DNA of 64,000 nucleotides from Chrysomallon squamiferum (Eukaryota > Animalia > Mollusca): positions 40,486,001 through 40,550,000 of the forward strand of contig CM022665.1 in assembly GCA_012295275.1 (NCBI GenBank), written 5' to 3'. Position 1 is the stretch's first letter; every line of letters begins with the position of its first letter. The notes under the pieces are model-generated. The model saw only the letters and a list, made by a program, of their open reading frames with translations. It was not told the DNA's origin and did no database searches. Positions 50,879 through 60,017 of the stretch are shown in pieces. The translations under genes and the position numbers were made by a program.

Positions 50879-52974
50879 ATGTCCGACAACACAACAATAT
50901 CGTCAATATTAACTGCCCACAAGTGGTATGGTGTAATATTTCAAGCAAAAGGGATTAACGAACATCATCAACAAGTTCTAAGTCAGCTATTCTCCGGAAG
51001 ATACTTCAGTCCAATGGTGCAAGGGTCTACCAGAAAATTGACAAAAATGGCAAACCATTCAGTCATTACGCGTCCAAAGATGAAATCAACCGTTTTTCAG
51101 TGTCTCGTTGGAGCACTAGAAACGAGATCTTACAAATGTTACCAACCGAAGTCAAAACTTTCCTAAATAAAGCAAAAATATCCATGAATAATCCAAGACC
51201 AGGCAACACGGAATCCTCCTATTTAGACATTACAGAACAACCAACCAGACAAACACTAGCGGTAGTCCATAGACCAAAACCGGATGTCTCAGAATCTTCT
51301 GCCATCTGTAGTGTGAAACCACATCTGCACATCGTCAGCACCAAAACTGGATTAGGACACACGATCCGTCATGATAAGGAACTCAGAACGATTGGAATTC
51401 TCTCTCTACAACCTTCTCCGCGACTCTGCAACAAAAACCAATGGGTCTACCACAATTGTCTAGGAGAAATGCCATGATTCCGACGTCTGACTTTGACGAT
51501 GGAGAAGAAGATATGCTAATAGAACAACTGATAAATTCGGATGCAGCTGAACAACAACAACCACCGTCAAGAAAAAGAAAAAGAACAGACGCTTTTGCCG
51601 ACGAAGACGAAGCTGACGACGTTAACAATACGAGACCATCAACCAGCATCTTCACTCCAACAGTATCAAGAGGAATTAGTCACGTGAGACGGATAAACAA
51701 ACTCAGTAAAACAAGTACCGTTATCTCAGACGACGAGTCTCAAAATGATCGACTTTACATAGATAAATCTTTCCGTCTACAACATCAGCCACGACCGGTA
51801 AGAAAATCAAACTTAACGAAAACCTTTCTCAACTATAAGATATTATCGAAAAATTAATAGATACAAGCGAAGCTACCACCGAAAGACAATTAGTAGATTG
51901 GGTATTGGCCAACAAATCGAAATCAGATGAAATATGTAAATGTAAAGGGCCGGGAAGATTGGTAATTGCAGTTGATTTTGATGTACTTGAAGCCACCCAA
52001 AGTATAGTAAAAGAGGTCCTCGCTTCAGTGACATCGAAACCGTTTGGCAGTTTCATTGCGTTTTTAAGGAAGACCAACATACCTGCAGTGAAAGACCAAT
52101 TAGCAGTGGCCACTCCGGAAGAATCTGCATTGAATTTTTGGAACTGGCTGATGTTAGCGGACATTGATCCGGGACTCTTTATAATGAAGTGTTTGTCAGT
52201 GTTTGTCAGTATTAGAAAAAGTAGACACACAAAGAAGCACGACTGCCATGCAAGGACCCACGACAATTGGAAAGAGCTATTGGCTCATCGAGCCTTTCAA
52301 CTTGTTAGATCCAAATGTCGTCGGAAGAGCAGGAAAGGACGAAAGGTTCGCCGTTCAGACTTGTATTCGTAAACGGATAATATTGGTCGATGAAGCTAAT
52401 ATTATGAAACTCACCTGCGAGACGTACAAAAGTTTGCTCAGAGGAAACGACGTAGAAGTCGATGTAAAAAATAAAGAGCCCCAAGTGATCCACAAAACAC
52501 CGGTGATGATGTGCAGTAACAATGCCATCACCTTTGCATTAGATCAAAAAGACACAGCTGCAGTTTATGAGAGATTACATTACTTTAAGATCGACCAAGA
52601 TCCTGATTTATTAAAGTATTTTCTCAAAGACGCAAAACATCCCAATCCAAAAATGTGGGTTGTATTTTACGACCAGCTGAAAAAGCAAGACAGACTTGAC
52701 TGCAGAGACACAGAGTGAATTTGAAGACGGGTTTCTCATTAACATATTTTATGAACACGACAGGAGTCTCGAAGGACGAGATGAGTACATTCATAACCCT
52801 GATCTTCCAGCTCCCGTGAGGACTTCGACCACGACAACGACAACACCAGTAACCTAGACGATAGACGACGAAACCAATCTGACACCCACTTTCTCGTCTC
52901 CATTCGGAATGAAAGCAGTAGATTACCACCCAGAAGACATGTTGACACCGATGAATTCTTTAGAAACAATGTGA
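50879..52974 (+). pseudogene. NS1: parvovirus-like NS1/Rep, copy A (frameshifts, internal deletion)
   Basis: KPHLHIV (HUH), RKRKR, Walker A QGPTTIGKS, Walker B IILVDE, B' YKSLLRG, motif C VMMCSN. Confidence 0.85.
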
Positions 52975-53340
52975 CTCAAAATATATGGACCTAGACTATT
53001 GAAAAGTTTCAACGATATTGTAAATATTTGTTCTGCACACAAATTTTCTCATTCACTATTAAAATTAATTAAGTACAATTTTCCTAAAAGAGACGTTTAT
53101 ATTACTTTTGATTTGTTTGTAAATAAATTTGTAGCTTTTCAGTTTTTGGATATGATTTTTGTTGACGTTGTATCTTTGACCAATTTTCACGAATTCGATG
53201 AACTCTGGAATAAACCAAATAAATTCAAATTTATTTTGTATATAAATGCTGGATTAAAGATGTTAATTTTTGAAATTATTGATTATTTTGTATTTTGCCA
53301 ATTCATGAAGACTAAGTCTTCGACTTTGTATATACGTTAG
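52975..53340 (+). CDS. conserved ~121-codon ORF in frame with and directly after the NS1 copy A stop (possible readthrough extension)
   Basis: Open and conserved at protein level with 55612-55977. No shared start ATG. Confidence 0.6.
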   Translation, partial: LKIYGPRLLKSFNDIVNICSAHKFSHSLLKLIKYNFPKRDVYITFDLFVNKFVAFQFLDMIFVDVVSLTNFHEFDELWNKPNKFKFILYINAGLKMLIFEIIDYFVFCQFMKTKSSTLYIR

Positions 53341-53410
53341 AAAAAAAAAAAATAATAATAAAAATTAAATTCAAATTGTCTGTCATCATCTTTGTTATTC
53401 GAATAAATTA

Positions 53411-53475
53411 TCGGTCGGAGTTGTCGGCCTTGATCGATCGGGTCGGTCGGATGGATCGGTTCGTATCGGTTCGTA
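53411..53475. repeat. clustered TCGG/TCG iterations (candidate Rep-binding or terminal region)
   Basis: TCGGTCGG...GATCGATCGGGTCGGTCGG...ATCGGTTCGTATCGGTTCG, CpG-rich in an AT-rich context. Homologous to 56043-56111. Confidence 0.6.
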
Positions 53476-53613
53476 CCTCCCCGCAGAACCACCACAGGAC
53501 CCAGTCCCAGTTGATAACTTCTAACGAAGTTAGGTGTGGATGTGAAATTTTTATTTTTATTCATGGCCATTTTCTTTTATCATGTCCATACATAAGGCTT
53601 CCATACTTATACT

Positions 53614-55611
53614 GGAAACACAGACGGCTTAACTTTTCTAAATTCAGAAGAATCTGCCAGACAAACACTTCTAGTAGTACATCGACTGAAACCACGTGGT
53701 AACAACTAAAACTGGCCTCGGACACACGATCAGACACGACAAAGAATTGAGAGCCTGTACGAAATCAGCTGACGCAGCATACTACACCATCGGAAGTCAG
53801 ATTATAACATCTATTGTCAACTACTTGAAGTATCTAAAAAGACCTTCTCAAGGTTATGAATTTCTCGGAACAAACTCAATAGCTTTAGGCAAAATATGGA
53901 ACAAACTACTCGTCGATTATACTGACATCACAAAAAATATATCCATCGATAAAATCTTATTCGATGAACCGATGGTCGATGAAGATGACTGGAATGCAAC
54001 AACTGAAGATATGTGGGGTGGCCCAGATGACTGGAACTCCTTGTCCACATCGTTGTTCTCAATCCATATCAAAACCCAATGGGACAACCACAACTTTCGA
54101 GAAGAAATGCCATCATACCAATATCAGATTTTGAAAGCGACAATGCTAATGCAGAAGAAGACAAGATCTTACAACAACTACAACCACCTAGAAAGCGAAG
54201 AAGAGTAGACACATTTATTAACAACGACGAAGATGATCATCATCATCATCAACAAAATCCACAGCCATCTACAAGTGGTGCTACTCAGATGTCGTCGAGA
54301 GGTATCAGACACGTCCGTCGGATCAATAAACTTTCTAAAACGCAAACCATCATCTCAGACGATGAATCAGAAAACGACAGATTATACATTGATGAATCTT
54401 TTCCATCGACGACGTCGCTCGCACAACCTGCCACAACTGGTAAGAAAATAAAATTGAATAAAAATCTATGCCAATTGTCAGATATAATAGAAAAATTGAT
54501 CGATACCAGTGAAGCTATAACGGAAAGACAACTGGTAGATTGGGTTCTCATTAACAAATCGAAATCTGATGAAATCTGCAAATGCACAGGGCCAGGACGA
54601 TTGGGGGGATTCAAATATATCAAAATAAATTGCAACTATCAACGTATCGTCAAAGAAATCCTCACTTCTGTCAATTCAAAACCTTTCGGTAGCTTCATTC
54701 AATACTTGAGAAAAATCAACGTTCCATCAATGAAAGACCACTTGGCTGTTGCTACGCCAGAAGAATCAGCAGTAAACTTCTGAAATTGGCTGATTTTGGC
54801 AAACATCGATCCAGGTCTCTTCGTTATGAAATGTCTCTCCATTTTCGAAAAATTAGACACTCAAAGAAGTACCATTACAATGGAAGGCCCTGCAACAATT
54901 GGTAAAAGTTATTGGATCATTGAACCATTCAATCCATTGGACTCAAACGTCATTGGGAGAGCGGGTAAAGATGAAAAGTTTACCTTTCAGTCGTGCATTC
55001 ACAAAAGAATCATTCTCGTTGACGAAGCCAATATAAGTAAATTAGCGTGTGAAAGATATAAAAGTCTTCTCAGAGGAAATGACGTCGAGGTAGACTTGAA
55101 AAACAAAGAACCTCAAATCATCCACAAGACTCCTGTCATGATGTGTAGCAACAGTCCCATCACATTTGCTCTCGATCAAAAAGACAACGCTGCAATATAT
55201 GAAAGAATGCATTATTTTAAAATAGATCAAGATGCAGATCTCCTTAAATATTTCTTAAAAGATGCAAAACATCCGAATCCTAAGATGTGGGTCGTCTTTT
55301 ACGATCAGTTACAAAAACAAGATATCGACCTTGCAGCAGAAACTCAAAGCGACTTTGAAGATGGATTCATCATAGATATCTTTCACCAACTTGACAGGAG
55401 TCTAGAAGCACTCGACCAATACCAACATAATCCTAATTTTCCAGCTCCTATTAGAACCACGACGACACCATCGGCAACAACACCACCGACATTCACAATG
55501 GACGACGATACCAACTTGACGCCGACATTTTCATCCCAATTCGGAATGGAAGGAGTTGAATATCATCCAGAAGACGTTCTGACACCCACTAATTCATTAG
55601 AAATGATGTGA
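53614..55611 (+). pseudogene. NS1: parvovirus-like NS1/Rep, copy B (5'-truncated, HUH motif partly deleted, TGG>TGA at 54781)
   Basis: IVNYLKYLK (candidate catalytic Tyr motif), RKRRR, EGPATIGKS, IILVDE, YKSLLRG, VMMCSN. Confidence 0.88.
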
Positions 55612-55977
55612 CTCAAAATATTCGGACCCAGACTTTTGAACAATATAAATGACATTGTAAATATTTGTTCGTGTCACAAATTTCCACATTCGTTAATAAA
55701 ATTAATTAAATACAATTACCCTAGAAAAGATGTTTACACTGCATTCGAAAAATGTGTAAATAGATTCATTCCTTTTCATTTTCATAATTTGATTTTTGTT
55801 GATGTTGTTGCTTTAATTAATTTTCATGAATTTGATCACATTTGGAATAAACCCAATTGTTTCAAATTTATTTTGTACATAAATGCTGCTTGTAAATTAT
55901 TGATATTTGAAATTATTGAAAATGTTGTCTTTTGTCAGTTTATGAAAACTAAAAGTTCAAGCTTGTATATACGTTAA
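55612..55977 (+). CDS. conserved ~121-codon ORF in frame with and directly after the NS1 copy B stop
   Basis: Homologous to 52975-53340. Same frame as ORF 54796-55611. Confidence 0.6.
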   Translation, partial: LKIFGPRLLNNINDIVNICSCHKFPHSLIKLIKYNYPRKDVYTAFEKCVNRFIPFHFHNLIFVDVVALINFHEFDHIWNKPNCFKFILYINAACKLLIFEIIENVVFCQFMKTKSSSLYIR

Positions 55978-56042
55978 AATTAAAAAAATAAATTAAATTA
56001 AATTAAAATTGTCTGCCCTTGGCTTTGTTTTTGAATAAAATC

Positions 56043-56111
56043 TCGGTCGGAGTTATCGGCCTTGGCCAATCGGGTCGGGTCGGTTCGATCGATTCGGATC
56101 GGTTCGGTCGA
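56043..56111. repeat. second TCGG iteration cluster
   Basis: TCGGTCGG...TCGGGTCGGGTCGGTTCGATCGATTCGGATCGGTTCGGTCG. Confidence 0.6.
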
Positions 56112-56189
56112 TTTGAAACAATAAAATAGCCATATGCAAGTCTATGGCTTCTATCTCCGTAACGTGAAAGACAATATGAGCTACGTTAG

Positions 56190-56362
56190 GTATGGAGAGC
56201 CTTAGGTAGGGGCAAGATGAAAGAAAATGGCGATGAAAAATAAATTTCACATCTACACCTGAACTTCGTTAGAAGTTAGTCGTCTCACTTAGGTTGGATG
56301 TGAATTTTTTTTTTATTCATGGCCATTTTCTTTTATCATGTCCATACATAAGGCTTCCATAC
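56190..56362. repeat. imperfect inverted repeat (~70-bp arms) at the junction between viral units B and C
   Basis: The reverse complement of 56190-56278 aligns with 56289-56362 and with 53515-53606. Confidence 0.8.
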
Positions 56363-56369
56363 TTATACT

Positions 56370-57083
56370 GGAAACACAGACGGCTTAACGTTTCTAAATT
56401 CAGAAGAATCTGCCAGACAAACACTTCTAGTAGTACATCGACCGAAACCAGATGCTACAGAAGGTTCCATCATCTGTTCCGTGAGACCTCACTTACATGT
56501 AGTGACAACCAAAACTGGCCTGGGACATACTATAAGACATGATAAAGAATTGAGAGCATGTACCAAATCAGCAGGCACGGCATATTACACAATTAGAAGT
56601 CAAATAACATCCATTGTCAGTTATCTGAAATACGTAAAGAGACCTCAGACTTTGGCAGCGACAATGGAAACGGAGAAGAAGACAGGATGCTAGAACAACT
56701 GATCAATTCAAACGAAGACCAACAACTACAACCACTTAGAAAGCGAAGAAGAGTAGACACATTTGCCAATGACGACGACGATGATGACGGTCAACAAAAC
56801 CCACAACCATCTACCAGCGGTGCTACTCCGATGTCGTCAAGAGGTATCAGACACGTCTGTCGAATAAACAAACTCTCCAAAACGCAAACCATTATCTCAG
56901 ACGACGAGTCAGAAAACGACAGACTGTACATTGCCGGATCTTTACCACCATCGATGCCGCTGACACAGCCTACCACAACTGGTAAGACATTAAAATTAAA
57001 CAAAAACCTATGCCAATTATCTGACATCATGGAACAATTGATCAATATAAGCGAAGCAACGACAGAAAGACAGCTGGTAGATT
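56370..57083 (+). pseudogene. NS1: parvovirus-like NS1/Rep, copy C (truncated at both ends, internal deletion)
   Basis: RPHLHVV (HUH) and IVSYLKYVK in one frame, then RKRRR...ERQLVD. Breaks off before the helicase. Confidence 0.8.
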
Positions 57084-57289
57084 TAGTTTTATTAGCTATG
57101 ACCCAGACAAAATCTTATTTAAATTCTTATTTATATTATTTGTAGGCTTTTGTATTATTGTTACTCTTATTACTTTTCTTTTTTCTTTTCTACTGTTTGT
57201 TCTTCTTTTGTCTTTTACTTTCCGGTATCTCGAATAACCGATATATCTTTTATCTTTATCTTGATCTGAAAGTGAGGTGCGTTCAGCTT

Positions 57290-58100
57290 TAGTCTTTTTT
57301 GAATTAATATAGAATTGTCTATATATTTAAAAAAAAAAAAATAAGCAATTCAAATATATTTTTGAAACCGATATATTTTTTATAAAAACACACAAAACAA
57401 CAACAACCCATACACTTACACAACAAACATGGCTACAAAAAACATCAACATTTACAGCTCGGATATGGAAACTAGGGTTCCAAAACGACCCAGGGACAGG
57501 AGCCCTAGCTCCGTCGAAAAAACACACAACAGAAAACAAAAGAAAAAAACCGACAACACAGTTCAACACACACATTCGGACACAGAAATAACCGAAGAAC
57601 AAAAAATTATTAACAGAAATCTGCACATTTTGGAAAGGCTAAGGGAAACGGACAGCGAAGACGAAAGCGAACCAAACGCTTGGAAAATTATAAAAAAAAA
57701 AAAAAACACACCCACAGCCGAACCACCATTGCAGTTCACACAAAAAATTACACAAACATCGACAAACAGTTGCGCTACTTATTAGAAGCGCAAATACATA
57801 TTATGGACAAAACAACAAAAGTCAACAAAAATAAAAACGAAAAAGAAATCTACTTCGAAGTAGACACAAAAACACTAAAAACAATCGGTCCCAACATTAC
57901 AATCTGGGACGAAACATTTGTCGTCAGAGTTTTAGCAAAAATAATCCCTGATACAAAACAAACACAGAAAACACCCACACCACAACCCAGAAAAACACTA
58001 CTTGCAAAACCGCAACCAAAACAAACTCCTACTACCAAACAACAACAACAACAACCTAAACACACAACAAAACCAAAAGAGACAACAATATACAAATATA
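57290..58100 (+). mobile_element. 5' part (UTR + ORF1 N-terminus from 57429) of an I-group LINE
   Basis: Strongly A/C-biased coding strand matching 62386-64000. Basic, low-complexity ORF1-like N-terminus. 5' boundary uncertain. Confidence 0.6.
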
Positions 58101-58739
58101 TTTCTAAAGATTTGGGTTTTTATTACCCGCATGCAAATGTGGAAGTATGTGGTATTTGTTTTAGTTAGGATTTGTATTTAATGTTTTATCTGCAGATATT
58201 TGCTTTTTAGCAGGCTTTGTCATTAATGTAAGGTTTTATTTACAGCTTGCCTCCTGTCAGCTTATTGTGTAACTAAAGTTTTATTTTATCCCTAGCCGGG
58301 TTATGCCAAACAATAGGCTGGTAACTTGTCATTGTGGTGATTGTTTCATTCAGCTTACACTGTATTAACACACGTTACTTGCCTTGCGTGTTAACTATTG
58401 TTCCCAAACTCCTCTCCCAAGCCCATCAGGGAATAAACAACTTGGCTCAAGTGTTCAGGTTTATTTTCTCCTGCTAAGATCATACTGTCAGGCCAGAATT
58501 CATTTTTAAAGGTGGAACTGAATTTATTATTTGAAAGTGGATATTATCTGAAAGATTGTCCTGTTCTCGTTCAGTGTGCTGGAGAATCCAGTTTCTTACA
58601 CCCAGGTGTCATCTACCTGGGTGTTTTTCCTTGTCTTCAGTTTTGTGTGACATCGAATAAATTGTCTGAACCCACCCGTAGCTGTTACGTTCTACTTCCT
58701 GTGTTCTGGAAAAGTAAAAAAATCTGATACTGCTACATT

Positions 58740-58756
58740 TGGAGCCGACGTAGGGA
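58740..58756 (+). promoter_or_regulatory. putative primer-binding site after the LTR end (...GCTACA at 58737)
   Basis: CA-TT-TGGAGCCGACGTAGGGA: TGG begins after a 2-nt spacer from a CA end, ~220 bp upstream of gag. Confidence 0.6.
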
Positions 58757-58963
58757 CCGACAAACAAGACAAAGGATGGACACACAACCAATGGATGGCA
58801 GAGGGTGTATGTATCGACGACAGTGTTACTAACTCCACCTATGAACTTCCTCCCTAGTGTATGACGTCATCAGATGTTTCGATTTGTGACTTATTTCTGC
58901 AATATTCCTGAACATCAATGAAATACACAAGATAGATATATTTGTATATATATACCTTCAACC

Positions 58964-60016
58964 ATGTCTGATCCTGAAATAGCGGAATTAAGTGCAGAAG
59001 AGGTGCAGTTAATTTCGTCATTTAGACAGTTACATGTCCAACCTAAGGCTGATACTCCAGAAGAATTGGTTAGCTGGATGACTCAGTTTACTAAAGGAGC
59101 TGTCAAAAAGGAAGATGAAGGAGCTGCCAAATATTCACCTTTACAGCCTACTCTGCCTTCGTCACTGACTTTAACACAGCCACCTCGGCTTCCTTTCTTC
59201 TCAGGTGACGGGAAAGGTGATGTTGATTTTGATCAATGGAAACATGAATTGGAATGTTTGACTAATACCCATGGTACATCTGTCCTGTCTGAAGCTATTA
59301 GGCGTTCGCTTCGCGGTAAAGCTGCTCGCGTTGCAATGCATATAGATAAAGATGCGCCTATTGAAAGACTAATAGAGAAACTTGATAGTGTTTTTGGAGA
59401 AGTAAAAGTGGGTCATGCTATTATGGCTACCTTTTACACAGCTAAACAAAGTGACGATGAAAGTGTAGCTGACTGCGCATGCCGGCTTGAAGATATTTTG
59501 TGCAAAGCTGTTGCTGCAGGGAAAGTGAATCAATATGAAACTGAAGCAATGTTACGTAATATGTTTTGGACAGGGCTTCGACCTGAACTAAAAGATTTAT
59601 CAGGACACAAGTTTGAAAAGGATGACACTTTTGAAGATTTTATTAAAGTTATAAGACAAGTAGAAGAAGAATTGCAACAGAGAAAGAAAAGAATTGAATC
59701 AAAGGGCAAGACTATTCCTGGAAAGGCTGCGGTTTCTCAAGATAATTCCGATATTCAGGAAATTCGAGGCATACTCAAGCAGTTGAGTTCTCTGAAGCAG
59801 CGTCAGACAGCCACTGAGTCCAAAACAAGGCATCAGGCAGATATCAAATCTGTTCCAAAATGGAATTCTGCATCATCTTCTTTTCAGAGTAATGAACCGG
59901 TCTGTTTTCGTTGTGGTCAGCCAGGGCACATAAAGAAGGGATGTAGGGTTAAATTACCCCACCAGACAGGTAAACCTTTAAACTGGAGACCGCCTATGGC
60001 GAAGGGCAACCCATAG
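58964..60016 (+). CDS. gag: Gypsy Gag (capsid-like domain + CCHC zinc knuckle)
   Basis: 350-aa ORF with RLPFFSGD, AIRRSLRGKA, FWTGLR and CFRCGQPGHIKKGC. Confidence 0.92.
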   Translation: MSDPEIAELSAEEVQLISSFRQLHVQPKADTPEELVSWMTQFTKGAVKKEDEGAAKYSPLQPTLPSSLTLTQPPRLPFFSGDGKGDVDFDQWKHELECLTNTHGTSVLSEAIRRSLRGKAARVAMHIDKDAPIERLIEKLDSVFGEVKVGHAIMATFYTAKQSDDESVADCACRLEDILCKAVAAGKVNQYETEAMLRNMFWTGLRPELKDLSGHKFEKDDTFEDFIKVIRQVEEELQQRKKRIESKGKTIPGKAAVSQDNSDIQEIRGILKQLSSLKQRQTATESKTRHQADIKSVPKWNSASSSFQSNEPVCFRCGQPGHIKKGCRVKLPHQTGKPLNWRPPMAKGNP

Positions 60017-60017
60017 G
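59977..60017 (+). promoter_or_regulatory. -1 programmed ribosomal frameshift signal between gag and pol
   Basis: T_TTA_AAC in gag phase. The -1 frame is open for 29 codons into pol ATG 60064. Downstream stem CCTATGG/CCATAGG. Confidence 0.8.

Larger units (their letters stand above)
49682..57083 (+). mobile_element. endogenous parvovirus/densovirus-like element, three rearranged tandem NS1/Rep units
   Basis: Repeated NS1-like coding blocks with HUH (PHLH) and SF3 helicase motifs, separated by TCGG-rich non-coding junctions. Confidence 0.85.

Noticed and set aside
54781-54783. TGA read as Trp (alternative genetic code) in NS1 copy B
   Set aside because: Copy A has TGG here and the other Trp codons are TGG, so a single nonsense mutation is simpler.
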